In this document: positions 37,365 through 47,164 of the stretch, piece by piece | How positions within the stretch are numbered: position 1 is the first letter of the stretch | Layout of the letters: the number at the start of each line of letters is the position of its first letter | Origin: Bdellovibrio sp. | GTDB taxonomy: Bacteria; Bdellovibrionota; Bdellovibrionia; Bdellovibrionales; Bdellovibrionaceae | Assembly: GCA_036676395.1 (NCBI GenBank) | Contig: JAKFCY010000002.1 | Coordinates: 2,464,001-2,528,000, forward strand | Direction: 5' to 3' | Length of the DNA stretch: 64,000 nt | Translations under genes and position numbers: made by a program | Notes under the pieces: model-generated | Databases searched by the model: none | What the model saw: the letters and a program-made list of their open reading frames with translations, nothing else | What the model was told of the DNA's origin: nothing

Positions 37365-38392
37365 GCCTGAATTGTGGCTTTAAGTTCTGAAAGATCACAA
37401 GGCACGCACCCGATTTTACCAACCACAATGCCTGCAGCGTAATTCGCTAATACGCAGGCTTGGGCTAACGGTAAACCAGAAGCTACACCTAATGCTAACG
37501 CAGCGATTACGGTATCGCCTGCTCCAGTCACATCAAATACTTTTTTAGCAAACGTAGGCACTTGCACGACATCTTTATCGCTTGTAAAAATCGACATGCC
37601 TTCTTTACCTTGAGTTAACACAACATCACGCGCACCCGTCATTTTTTGTAAGGCGCGGCCAACAGTGTAAACACGCTCATTAAAATTTTCGATGTCTTCT
37701 TCGTGAATCTTAGTTAAAGCCAGAGCTTCGTTGTAATTGGGTTTGATTAAATCTACACCTTTGTAAAATTCAGCGAATTTTGTTTGGTGGGGATCAACCA
37801 TTAAGTATTTTCCAGATTTTTTAGCTAACGCGATGATCTTTTCAACTAAACCTACAGAAAAAATTCCTTTAGCGTAATCTTCTAAAACCACAACATCCAT
37901 TGACGGGATTAAATCTTGAACACGCTGTAAGATTTTGCTTTCAGTTTCTGCGGGTAAATTTCTGCGAACTTCGTAATCGACGCGAACGAGGTGATGGTGC
38001 CCTGTCATCACGCGAGTTTTGCGTGTGGTTGGGCGTTTTTCATCAACGATTAAGTGCTCTGATGAAACTTTTGATTTAGTTAATAACTCTTTTAAGATCT
38101 CGGCACCGGTATCTGCACCAACAACTGAAACTAAGTTTACATTTCCTGACAAACTTACCACATTTTGGGCCACGTTGGCTGCTAAACCTAAACGTTTATC
38201 TTCGCCGTCGACCTCTAAAACCGGTACCGGAGCTTCAGGGCTAATGCGTTTAACTGCCCCCATAATGTACTCGTCCACTCCCACATCGCCGATTAAAAGA
38301 ATCTTTTTGCTCGAAAAAGCAGAAATCTTTTCTAGGATATTCTTTTTAACTGTACCGTCGACGTTGAAATGTATAATAGAGTTTGTATGCAT
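37361..38392 (-). CDS. D-glycero-D-manno-heptose-7-phosphate kinase (RfaE/HldE kinase domain, stand-alone)
   Basis: RISPEAPVPV, AANVA, DYAKG, FDVTGAGDTV; start uncertain. Confidence 0.9.
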   Translation of the reverse strand: MHTNSIIHFNVDGTVKKNILEKISAFSSKKILLIGDVGVDEYIMGAVKRISPEAPVPVLEVDGEDKRLGLAANVAQNVVSLSGNVNLVSVVGADTGAEILKELLTKSKVSSEHLIVDEKRPTTRKTRVMTGHHHLVRVDYEVRRNLPAETESKILQRVQDLIPSMDVVVLEDYAKGIFSVGLVEKIIALAKKSGKYLMVDPHQTKFAEFYKGVDLIKPNYNEALALTKIHEEDIENFNERVYTVGRALQKMTGARDVVLTQGKEGMSIFTSDKDVVQVPTFAKKVFDVTGAGDTVIAALALGVASGLPLAQACVLANYAAGIVVGKIGCVPCDLSELKATIQA

Positions 38393-39226
38393 AAGGCTTC
38401 CAGAAAACCACAATTTCAGCAGAATCTCAATCTGATTTACGAGCCAAGCTATATCACTGCTACCGAGAAAAAAGACATCATTAAGTACTTAGAGAGCCTA
38501 TATCCTATCTGGGAAAATCGCTTCTCGAAGAGCAATCCTCCTCCGGAAGGTGAACCAAATCGTCCATTACTTCGCCCAGTTTATTGGTTAGGTAACTGGC
38601 AGTTTGCTTGTTTAGATTATTATCATCCACCTAAAGGAATTCAAAATCGCTGCGTCGAAGCTGAAAACTACCCGCCGGTGTTAGAAAAAATCGTGAAAAA
38701 AATTGAACAAATGGTTCACGAAAAATTCAGCGACAGAGATATTCCGCGTGGCTGGCATTTGAATACTTGTTTGATCAATTATTACGGCAATAAAATTTTA
38801 CCTGACGGAAAAATTTTAGATACGGCTCGTGTTGGCGAACACAAAGATTTTGAACCGGGTCCGGTGGCTTCAATTTCGTTTGGCGAAAAAGCACTATTTC
38901 AATTTATTAAAAGCGAAAGTAAAGCGCAAAAGTCTCAGGTGATTTTGCAACAGTGGCTAGAAGACTCAAGTTTACAGATTTTTGGCGGCGATAAATTTAA
39001 AAAACAACTTTTTCACCGCGTTCAACGGGTCGAAGAAAAAGGAATTTTATTTTCTGAAATGAAAACGACGAATTTTGAAACTCGCCGTATTAATTTTACT
39101 TTTAGGTTTGTGCCGAATGAACATATTAAAGCGTTCAAGGATCTTCCGCCAAACCTGCAAGACGATGTCGCAGGTTATGTGCGTGAACTGGGTGAAAAAT
39201 CTAAGTTCTGGAAAGAACAGCTTTAA
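38387..39226 (+). CDS. AlkB-like 2OG-Fe(II) dioxygenase
   Basis: NTCLINYY, HKD (HxD), HRV, RINFTFR; start uncertain (38369 or 38387). Confidence 0.85.
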   Translation: MHKASRKPQFQQNLNLIYEPSYITATEKKDIIKYLESLYPIWENRFSKSNPPPEGEPNRPLLRPVYWLGNWQFACLDYYHPPKGIQNRCVEAENYPPVLEKIVKKIEQMVHEKFSDRDIPRGWHLNTCLINYYGNKILPDGKILDTARVGEHKDFEPGPVASISFGEKALFQFIKSESKAQKSQVILQQWLEDSSLQIFGGDKFKKQLFHRVQRVEEKGILFSEMKTTNFETRRINFTFRFVPNEHIKAFKDLPPNLQDDVAGYVRELGEKSKFWKEQL

Positions 39227-40260
39227 TATAGCTTATAAATCTTCCCGTTATCAGTTGAAAAATACAGGGCGCCATCAGGGCCTTCTTTAGCTTGACGAAA
39301 ACGCTCTTTTAAATCTGCAAATAATTCTTCTTCTTTAACGACTTTATCTTTATCCAACACCACTCGGCGTACGTGCTGGCCACTTAAGTTAGCTAGAAAA
39401 ATATTATCTTTAAATTTCTTTAAGCGTGTTCCTGCATAAAAAGTTAAACCTGATGGGCTAATTGATGGCACCCACTTAATCAGAGGTTGCTCTAAGCCAG
39501 CTTTTTCTTTTTTGCCGATCGGCGGCCCCCAGTACTCTTTGCCGTAAGTAATAATCGGCCAACCGTAATTAAGCCCTTTGGTGATTAGATTTACTTCATC
39601 CCCACCGCGCGGGCCCATCTCGGCAGCAAATAATCTTTCGTTCGCATCAAAAGCCAACCCTTGTGGGTTGCGATGCCCTGATGTCCAAATTTCGGCTTTA
39701 CCGTCTAGTGTTAAGCGCAGGATTTTACCGTGATGTAATTTTTGATCTTGGGCTTTATTGCGAATGTTACGCTCACCAATACTCATGAATAAAAAATCAT
39801 TTTTATCAGCAACTACGCGTGAACCAAAATGCATGCCGGTGTCTGCATCCGCATTAGACTTAAAAATCACCGAGCCATTTTGTAATTTCGTCTTATCAGA
39901 TGCAAGATCTGCACGAAATAGACTTGTTGTGGCACCTTCGTCAGTTTTTTCTGAAAACGTAATATAGATTTTTTTAGTTTTAGGATGAATCATGACATCC
40001 AATAAGCCCCCCTGATCTTTGGCCACCACCGCAGGAGCGCCAACAACGGGTTTCGCAGTTTTAGTTTTCGTATCACAAATTGAAAGTTTGCCACCACGTT
40101 CAGTAAATATAATTTCATCCGCACTTGGCGTTAAAAAATCAAAACCCCAGATCACATCGTTTGTTGTGCAAAGTGTTTCGAGAGTGAATTTATCACCCTC
40201 GATGGTGTAAGTTTTTGTCTGGGCGTGAGCTGCAAATATTAAGATAAAAAGTAATTTCAT
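39223..40260 (-). CDS. PQQ-dependent soluble sugar (aldose) dehydrogenase
   Basis: QGGLLD, HFGSR, GHRNPQG, GPRGGDEVN, NYGWP. Confidence 0.92.
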   Translation of the reverse strand: MKLLFILIFAAHAQTKTYTIEGDKFTLETLCTTNDVIWGFDFLTPSADEIIFTERGGKLSICDTKTKTAKPVVGAPAVVAKDQGGLLDVMIHPKTKKIYITFSEKTDEGATTSLFRADLASDKTKLQNGSVIFKSNADADTGMHFGSRVVADKNDFLFMSIGERNIRNKAQDQKLHHGKILRLTLDGKAEIWTSGHRNPQGLAFDANERLFAAEMGPRGGDEVNLITKGLNYGWPIITYGKEYWGPPIGKKEKAGLEQPLIKWVPSISPSGLTFYAGTRLKKFKDNIFLANLSGQHVRRVVLDKDKVVKEEELFADLKERFRQAKEGPDGALYFSTDNGKIYKLY

Positions 40261-40415
40261 ATCTTTAGCTAACTGAAGTTTTTAAGCCTGGTAAATGTCT
40301 AATGCACACGATCGACTAACAATATTCGTAAACTTGGGGCATTTGTCTCAGAATGAAACACTGCGAAGCAATAGGTTCACTGTGTAGCGGCATAATTCTG
40401 GCTGATAGGAATATG

Positions 40416-41207
40416 ATGTCTATTAAGCTTCTTTCTATATTTCTAATCACCTTTGCTGTCACTGCACAGGCCTGGATCATTCAAAGCGGCGATAGCAAGC
40501 AGTGGCTGGCTAAGCAAAAGGCCGTGCCTTCGGTTTACGAAGAAATGAACAAATACTTTTTAGAAACTGATCCTAAAAGCCACGCCATGCCTTACGTAAA
40601 AAGTTTTATCCCTTTTATGCATACTCAGATAGTTAATGAAGCTGAAATATCATTAGCAAAAAAACTAAATAAGCCCACCTGCTCAGCTGAAACGAATATA
40701 TCGTACCCTGGAATCCTGACAAAAGAATTTGATTTTCAAAGCAAACGTGATTTTGAAAAAGAAATTCTTAAAATTCAATCTTATGATTGCTTAGGAAAAT
40801 TAAATTTAGACAGAGTTTTTGCTACCTTAATGTCTGAAAAATTTCAAAAAGAAGCTGTCGATGGGTTAAAACAGATCAAAACCAACCAACAAACTAACCA
40901 AGTTTGCCAAATCGTCTCGATTTTTCCGTTTGGGACAACAAACTTTTGCTTTACGCAAAATGTCCTAGCGACAGGCAAGCAATACCTAATTCATTCTTAT
41001 AACGAGCAGAATATAGAAAACCCGTCAGCACCGGCCTATTACCGCGAAGCCATCACTGTGATTTCACAGCTACAAAATGGTGAAATCAGTATTTACAACT
41101 TAGCCTATGCTCGCGGCCCTGATTTGCCGTTTCATAGCGTTGTTAAAAGTATGATTGCAACAAAACAAGAACTTTTTATTCAAAACTTAATAGAAAACGC
41201 AAAGTAA
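40416..41207 (+). CDS. Secreted hypothetical protein, tandem paralogue A
   Basis: Signal peptide ending AQA-W; collinear with the next gene. Confidence 0.7.
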   Translation: MSIKLLSIFLITFAVTAQAWIIQSGDSKQWLAKQKAVPSVYEEMNKYFLETDPKSHAMPYVKSFIPFMHTQIVNEAEISLAKKLNKPTCSAETNISYPGILTKEFDFQSKRDFEKEILKIQSYDCLGKLNLDRVFATLMSEKFQKEAVDGLKQIKTNQQTNQVCQIVSIFPFGTTNFCFTQNVLATGKQYLIHSYNEQNIENPSAPAYYREAITVISQLQNGEISIYNLAYARGPDLPFHSVVKSMIATKQELFIQNLIENAK

Positions 41208-41215
41208 GGTTTAAG

Positions 41216-42007
41216 ATGAAAAAATATTTACTTCCACTATTAATTCTTACGACAACGGCTTCGGCCCAAGCTTGGCAAGTGCAAACCAACGCCAATGAAA
41301 ATTGGTTACTGCAGCAAAAAGCTAAACCTTCGGTTTACAGTGAAATGAATAAATATTTTATTGAAAATGACCCTTCTAGCAATGCGCTAGGGTATGTGCT
41401 AAGTTTTGTGCCGGCATTACATAAATTAATAGTCGGTGAAACTAAAGCTGCGATCGCATTAAAATTAAGTGCCTCAGGTTGTAATTCGTCGACCGAGGTT
41501 AGCTTTCCTGAAACACTGACAAACCAGCATAATTTTTCGAGTAAAAAAGAATTTGAAGGAAGCTTTTTAAAAGTTCAGTCCTACGCCTGCTTGGGCAAAT
41601 TAAACTTAGATAAAGTTTTTGAAACCCTGATGTCAGAAGCTTTTCAAAGAAAAGCCATTAATGGTTTAAAAGATATTTCTGTAAATCCAAAAGATAACCG
41701 GGCCTGCGTTGAAACTTCGATTTTTGGATTAGGCACTTCACGTTACTGCTTAACTAAGAATGTATTACGCACCAAAAACCAATACATCATCCATTCATTC
41801 AATGAAGAAAATGTTTCTGAGCCATCTGCACCGATTTATTTTAAAGAAACGATCAATGTTCTTACACAATTACCAAATGGCGAAGTCAGTATCTACAATT
41901 TGATGTATGCGCGCGGCCCTGATTTATCATTTCGCAGTATTGTAAAAAGCAAAGCCACCCAACAACAAGAAGCTGTCACTAATATTTTGATTGAAATGGC
42001 TAAGTAG
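41216..42007 (+). CDS. Secreted hypothetical protein, tandem paralogue B
   Basis: Shared PSVY.EMNKYF, CLGKLNLD.VF.TLMSE.FQ, NGE.SIYNL.YARGPDL. Confidence 0.72.
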   Translation: MKKYLLPLLILTTTASAQAWQVQTNANENWLLQQKAKPSVYSEMNKYFIENDPSSNALGYVLSFVPALHKLIVGETKAAIALKLSASGCNSSTEVSFPETLTNQHNFSSKKEFEGSFLKVQSYACLGKLNLDKVFETLMSEAFQRKAINGLKDISVNPKDNRACVETSIFGLGTSRYCLTKNVLRTKNQYIIHSFNEENVSEPSAPIYFKETINVLTQLPNGEVSIYNLMYARGPDLSFRSIVKSKATQQQEAVTNILIEMAK

Positions 42008-42009
42008 TT

Positions 42010-43341
42010 TTATTTTATTTCAAAACCGCGACGAACCAGTTCGACCAGAAATGGCCACTGGTATTCGGCAGCCAGCGCACAATGCATGCCCTTTAAATCC
42101 GTAAATCGCACTTTGTTAAACACACCGGGTTGTTTTTTATTACGGATCAAATCACTATTTAACGTCGACATCACCAGTGGATCATTCGGCGTTACAAAAA
42201 TGTGAATCGGTGTTTGTTCATTCTTATAAAAATTCCAGAACTGATTTAATTCAAATAGCGTCTTACTTTGAGCGACATGGTCTACAAATTCTTGCGGTAA
42301 TTTTAAATCGGGAAATTCTTTGAAATTTTCTAAATTAAAAACTGGTTTTCCCCGCTTAACATTTAAATCACCTAAGGCTTGCGGCATAAACCGGGGGGTT
42401 AAATCAAAGATTGTCTTCCACCACGGAATATCTTCTAACTTTTTATCACGCAAGCGTAAGGCCTGAAGTCTTACACGATTCCAGACATCGGCTGAAGCTG
42501 AAAACAATCCGGGTTTTGCATGCTCTTTGTAAGTTTCATCAAAATTCACCAAAGGACAAAATAATTCAATCGCTTTTAAATCAGCTTTTTTATTTTTTCC
42601 GTTAATCTTTGAATGTTCATCTAAGTAGTTCGCAACAAATGCGCCCGGGCCTGAAAGGCTTAAACCCATCAAATAAATATCAGAAACATCTTTAGCCCAA
42701 GAAATTTTGTTATGTGTGATTAAATTTAAAATATAAAATGTATGTAGGCCTTCTTCGATGCCGCCAATACTGTATTCATCATTTAAAGTTAGATAGCCAT
42801 GACTGGTTAAACTTTCGATGATCAGCAAGTGATAACCTAAATCCTGATAAGCTATGCGCGCTAAAAAACGTTCGGCTAAAACCTCATCGACATTACCGTA
42901 GATGCCCATGCGCACGATAATTAATGGCTTCTTCTGAATAACGCCATTTTCAGCCTGCAAGCCCAAAAGGCCTCGAATTTTCAAACCTGCCTGCGGTTCG
43001 AACTGAATACGTTGAAATTTTGTTTGATCGGTGAAATCAAAAGCCACGTAAAGTTTGCTTAAAAAAGTCTCCCAATACGACAAATTGTAATTTGCTTCAC
43101 ATTTCTCAGGTACGAGCTCTGGTGATGAAAAACTAAGCTTACATTCGCTAGAAACATCTAAAGAGGGTTTCCACCCTTGCGTGGCCATCATTCTTGAGTA
43201 AATCCACTCGGGATAAATCGACAATTTCGGTGTATCATTGATCACCGAATAGACTGCGAAGGCTGGACTAACAGCTATAATCATAGCCACAACAGTTAGA
43301 CGCATCAGAGTCACAATTAGAGTTTTAGCTCGACAGTTCAT
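42010..43341 (-). CDS. Secreted alpha/beta-hydrolase-like protein
   Basis: GLSLSG elbow, NDPLV and GMHC candidate triad; signal peptide. Confidence 0.55.
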   Translation of the reverse strand: MNCRAKTLIVTLMRLTVVAMIIAVSPAFAVYSVINDTPKLSIYPEWIYSRMMATQGWKPSLDVSSECKLSFSSPELVPEKCEANYNLSYWETFLSKLYVAFDFTDQTKFQRIQFEPQAGLKIRGLLGLQAENGVIQKKPLIIVRMGIYGNVDEVLAERFLARIAYQDLGYHLLIIESLTSHGYLTLNDEYSIGGIEEGLHTFYILNLITHNKISWAKDVSDIYLMGLSLSGPGAFVANYLDEHSKINGKNKKADLKAIELFCPLVNFDETYKEHAKPGLFSASADVWNRVRLQALRLRDKKLEDIPWWKTIFDLTPRFMPQALGDLNVKRGKPVFNLENFKEFPDLKLPQEFVDHVAQSKTLFELNQFWNFYKNEQTPIHIFVTPNDPLVMSTLNSDLIRNKKQPGVFNKVRFTDLKGMHCALAAEYQWPFLVELVRRGFEIK

Positions 43342-43392
43342 AGAGGTTTTTCTACAATACTCTCATTCAAAAGTCACTTAAGGAGATAGCTC

Positions 43393-44685
43393 ATGGCAGC
43401 TCAAGACAATTTAAATCCGCACGCAGAGTCACATTTACAAGGTCCTTTATTTCAAAATGCTTTAAATACAATTAAAGAAGCAGCGAAATTAATTAACTGC
43501 GATCCAAATATTTTAGAGCGTTTACAACAACCTCGTCGTTGTGTAACGGTTTCAATTCCAACTCGCATGGATGATGGCTCAGTAAAATGTTTTACGGGTT
43601 ACCGCGTTCAGTACAACTCAACATTAGGTCCGTACAAAGGTGGAATTCGTTATCACCAAAACGTAGATCTAGCAGAAGTTGTGGGTTTAGCTGCGTTAAT
43701 GACTTTTAAAAATTCAGTTTTAGGTCTTCCGCTAGGTGGAGCTAAAGGTGGAATATGTGTTGATCCAACTAGATTATCACGCACTGAAAAACAAAACTTA
43801 ACTCGTCGTTACACTTCTGAAATTGCTCCCTTCGTAGGCCCAACAAAAGATATTCCAGCTCCGGATGTGGGTACTGATCCACAAACTATGGCTTGGTTCA
43901 TGGACACTTATTCGCAAGAACAAGGTGGTTATGCACAACCTGGTGTTGTTACTGGCAAACCTGTAGAAATCGGTGGATCTTTAGGTCGTAACCATGCAAC
44001 TGGTTTAGGTGTAATTTACGTTTGTGAACGCGCAATGGAAATGAAAGGCAAATCAATGAACGGAGCTAAAATCGTTATCCAAGGTTTTGGTAACGTAGGT
44101 TCGTTCGCTGCTAAATTTGCTCATGACCGTGGTTCTCGTATCATCGCTGTATCTGATGTTTCTGGTGGTTACTTCAATGGTGACGGCTTAAACGTGCAAG
44201 AAATGATGGATTACGTAAAAGAAAATAAATCTTTAAAAGGTTACACAAAAGCTCACCCAATTTCGAATGCGGAATTATTAGAACTTGAGTGCGATGCTTT
44301 ATTACCATGTGCTTTAGAAGGTCAAATTGACGTTCACAACGCAGAAAAAATCAAAGCTAAATTTATCATCGAAGGTGCAAATGGTCCTGTGACATCTGCA
44401 GCTACGAAGATTTTAGATCAACGCGGTATTCACTTAGTTCCTGATGTTATCGCCAATGGCGGTGGTGTTATCGTTTCTTACTTTGAATGGGTTCAAGATA
44501 TTATGTCATTCTTCTGGGATGAACATGACGTAGATGCAAAACTTAAAGGTGTTATCCTTAAAGCTTTTGATAACGTAAACAAATTCAAAGAAGAGAAAAA
44601 AGTTGATATGCGTTCAGCGGCTTTAGCTGTTTCGATTCAACGTTTAGAAAGAGCGATGTTACTTCGCGGATTGTACCCTCGCTAA
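43393..44685 (+). CDS. gdhA: Glutamate dehydrogenase (Glu/Leu/Phe/Val family)
   Basis: KGGIRYH, GGAKGG, DIPAPD, GFGNVG, EGANGP. Confidence 0.95.
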   Translation: MAAQDNLNPHAESHLQGPLFQNALNTIKEAAKLINCDPNILERLQQPRRCVTVSIPTRMDDGSVKCFTGYRVQYNSTLGPYKGGIRYHQNVDLAEVVGLAALMTFKNSVLGLPLGGAKGGICVDPTRLSRTEKQNLTRRYTSEIAPFVGPTKDIPAPDVGTDPQTMAWFMDTYSQEQGGYAQPGVVTGKPVEIGGSLGRNHATGLGVIYVCERAMEMKGKSMNGAKIVIQGFGNVGSFAAKFAHDRGSRIIAVSDVSGGYFNGDGLNVQEMMDYVKENKSLKGYTKAHPISNAELLELECDALLPCALEGQIDVHNAEKIKAKFIIEGANGPVTSAATKILDQRGIHLVPDVIANGGGVIVSYFEWVQDIMSFFWDEHDVDAKLKGVILKAFDNVNKFKEEKKVDMRSAALAVSIQRLERAMLLRGLYPR

Positions 44686-44687
44686 TA

Positions 44688-45722
44688 ATGAGTCTTCGCA
44701 AACCTTGGCTATTTTTACCGTCAAAGTTAGCGCATGATCTAAGCCCCTACGGTTTAGAATTATATTCTCTTTTAAAGGGTTCCGACACCACACCGGTTTG
44801 GAACCCTTTTTCTTTTAAAAATATCATTTTCAAAAATAGATTAGGTATCGCTGGTGGCGTTGATAAAAATGCTGACCATCTTGAAGCTTGGCGCCGTGTC
44901 GGCTGCGGCTTTATTGAAGTTGGTACCGTGACACCACAACCACAAAGCCCAAATCCTGGCGTGATTATGAATCGTGATATTAAGGCAGAGGCTGTGTGGA
45001 ATAAAATGGGCTTTCCGTCAGAGGGTGCCGCCGAAGTTTATTTTAATATTAAAAAATTCAAATCACATGCATCGACTCCGGTATTCGTAAATATCGGCAA
45101 AAACCGCGTCACTGATAATGCTGATGCTCACAAAGACTATTCACAACTGATCACTCATTTTGCTGATGTGGCCGATGCCTTTGTAGTTAATATCTCAAGC
45201 CCGAATACAAAAGGTTTACGTGATTTAGCCTCACGCGAAAACTTTAATGCGTTTATCGCACCCATTCGCAAACACTATGACGAATTGAAGCTATCAAACC
45301 CTTTATTCTTAAAATTAAGCCCTGATTTAGACAGTGAAGGCCAAGAAAACGTTCTTAAAGGCTCAATGGATCATGGTTTTGACGGATTTATTTTAACCAA
45401 TACTACTTTAGATCGCACCCACACCCCAAATTTCCCTGTAGAAGGTGGCGTTTCTGGCAAACCGCTTAAAGAAAAATCAATTCAAGCGTTAATGCAGGCG
45501 AAAAACATTATTCTTAAACAAAATGAGAAAAAATGTCTGATTTCTGTCGGTGGAGTGATGACAGCAGACGATGTTTTTGAAAGAATAAACCTCGGGGCAG
45601 ACTTAGTTCAGGTTTATTCGACCTTAGTTTTTGAAGGCCCAGGTTTTTTTAGAAAGGTCCACAAACTTGCCAAACTCCAACAATCGGGCTCAGAATCCAA
45701 ATCAGATCGCACTACCCGTTAA
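44688..45722 (+). CDS. pyrD: Quinone-dependent dihydroorotate dehydrogenase
   Basis: GGVDKN, NIGKN, NISSPNT, KLSPD, TNTT, GGVSG. Confidence 0.95.
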   Translation: MSLRKPWLFLPSKLAHDLSPYGLELYSLLKGSDTTPVWNPFSFKNIIFKNRLGIAGGVDKNADHLEAWRRVGCGFIEVGTVTPQPQSPNPGVIMNRDIKAEAVWNKMGFPSEGAAEVYFNIKKFKSHASTPVFVNIGKNRVTDNADAHKDYSQLITHFADVADAFVVNISSPNTKGLRDLASRENFNAFIAPIRKHYDELKLSNPLFLKLSPDLDSEGQENVLKGSMDHGFDGFILTNTTLDRTHTPNFPVEGGVSGKPLKEKSIQALMQAKNIILKQNEKKCLISVGGVMTADDVFERINLGADLVQVYSTLVFEGPGFFRKVHKLAKLQQSGSESKSDRTTR

Positions 45723-46143
45723 CGGCAAGAAGACCACTCGTTCTAAAAAGAACTGGATTCCCGTAGTTGCCGGTATCATTAAAAAAAATAATATGATCCT
45801 TGTAGGCCAACGCCCCGAAACTCATACCTTAGGTGGTTTATGGGAATTTCCTGGCGGAAAAATCGAAATGGGCGAATCTCCTGAATACGCTTTACAGCGT
45901 GAATTACGTGAAGAATTAGGCATCGAAGCTGAAATCGGCGATCTAAAAATTGCCTGCACTCATTCGTATGGTGACGTTGGAATTTTAATTTTATTTTATG
46001 AAGTTTTATTCTGGAAAGGCGAACCTAAAGCCCAACATCATACAGGCTTAGACTGGGTTGTGCCTGCCGAGCTTACGAATCGCAATATTCCAGAAGCGAA
46101 TCGTAAAAACTTACCCCGCATTTTTAAGGCGTTTAATCTATGA
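45667..46143 (+). CDS. mutT: MutT-like Nudix hydrolase
   Basis: WEFPGGKIEMGESPEYALQRELREELG Nudix box; start uncertain (TTG 45667 after AAAGG, overlapping pyrD). Confidence 0.85.
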   Translation: MPNSNNRAQNPNQIALPVNGKKTTRSKKNWIPVVAGIIKKNNMILVGQRPETHTLGGLWEFPGGKIEMGESPEYALQRELREELGIEAEIGDLKIACTHSYGDVGILILFYEVLFWKGEPKAQHHTGLDWVVPAELTNRNIPEANRKNLPRIFKAFNL

Positions 46144-47162
46144 AAGTCTTGATCGTTTGTCCGCAAATAAACGATCAGGTGCAATTTCTGGCTTCAGAGC
46201 TAGAAAAAATGAGCCTTCATATTGAAATTACAGATAGTGTTCACCCCTTACGTTTAGTTTTAAATAAATATGATTTAATTCATTTTATTCATAACGATCC
46301 AAACATTAATTTAAAAACGGTCTTGTCGGCTTGGTCGGCCAAAGCTTTAGGTGCAGCCACCCTACTTACAACTTACTGTCGTTTAGAACCAGGTTTGCTG
46401 CAGGATTTTGAATTTAATTTTTTTGATGCAATCACTTTGCCGTATATTTCTGAACTTAAAAAAATGCGTTTTTACCGTGGGCAAAAGTTAATTTTACCTT
46501 CGTTTCCGGCCAACAACATTGTGGCTAAAAAAGATTTTTCAAATGAAGTGGCGCAATTTATTTTTCCGGTATTAAAAAGTTTTGATGACCTGCTAAAAAT
46601 TAATTTTCAGGCACTGCCTTCCTTAAAAGAACATCAGGGTCTTTATGTTGATGCGCACTTATTGCGTTCAAAAAAAGAAGGCGGCCAAAGTTCAATGGTC
46701 AGAAAAAACTGGTCAGCTTTTGTTCAAAAAAATCCCCAGTTTAGCAATTTTAAATTATTCACTGAACTGACAACATTAAATGAAGTTTTAGATGAAAATT
46801 CTTCGTACACGTTTATTCATCATTTAGATTTATCCAGCGAACAAGTTGCTTTTTGGATTGAATCAGCTTTAATTTATAATAACTTTTTAATTCTGCACGA
46901 AGACCAAGGCACAGGCTTTGCCAACTTCTGGAAAACCGAAAAAAATTGTTTTATTTATTCACCGCGTGTATCAAGCGCTATACAACTTCATGCTATCGAT
47001 CAGTTTATTTCAAAACAAATTGTCGAACAAAAAAGTCCAGCTAAACTTAGCTTCGATTTTAAAAGCTCTTTAGATGTAAAACTGAATGAGCTAGCTAGAC
47101 TTTACACCAAAATCGTTTCGCAAAGGGCTTCCTTAATCCACCCGAGATCCGCTAAACTATAG
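46140..47162 (+). CDS. Hypothetical protein, possible degenerate GT-B fold
   Basis: MKVLIVCP..YDLIHFIH resembles a GT4 N-domain; coupled to neighbouring genes. Confidence 0.55.
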   Translation: MKVLIVCPQINDQVQFLASELEKMSLHIEITDSVHPLRLVLNKYDLIHFIHNDPNINLKTVLSAWSAKALGAATLLTTYCRLEPGLLQDFEFNFFDAITLPYISELKKMRFYRGQKLILPSFPANNIVAKKDFSNEVAQFIFPVLKSFDDLLKINFQALPSLKEHQGLYVDAHLLRSKKEGGQSSMVRKNWSAFVQKNPQFSNFKLFTELTTLNEVLDENSSYTFIHHLDLSSEQVAFWIESALIYNNFLILHEDQGTGFANFWKTEKNCFIYSPRVSSAIQLHAIDQFISKQIVEQKSPAKLSFDFKSSLDVKLNELARLYTKIVSQRASLIHPRSAKL

Positions 47163-47164
47163 CT

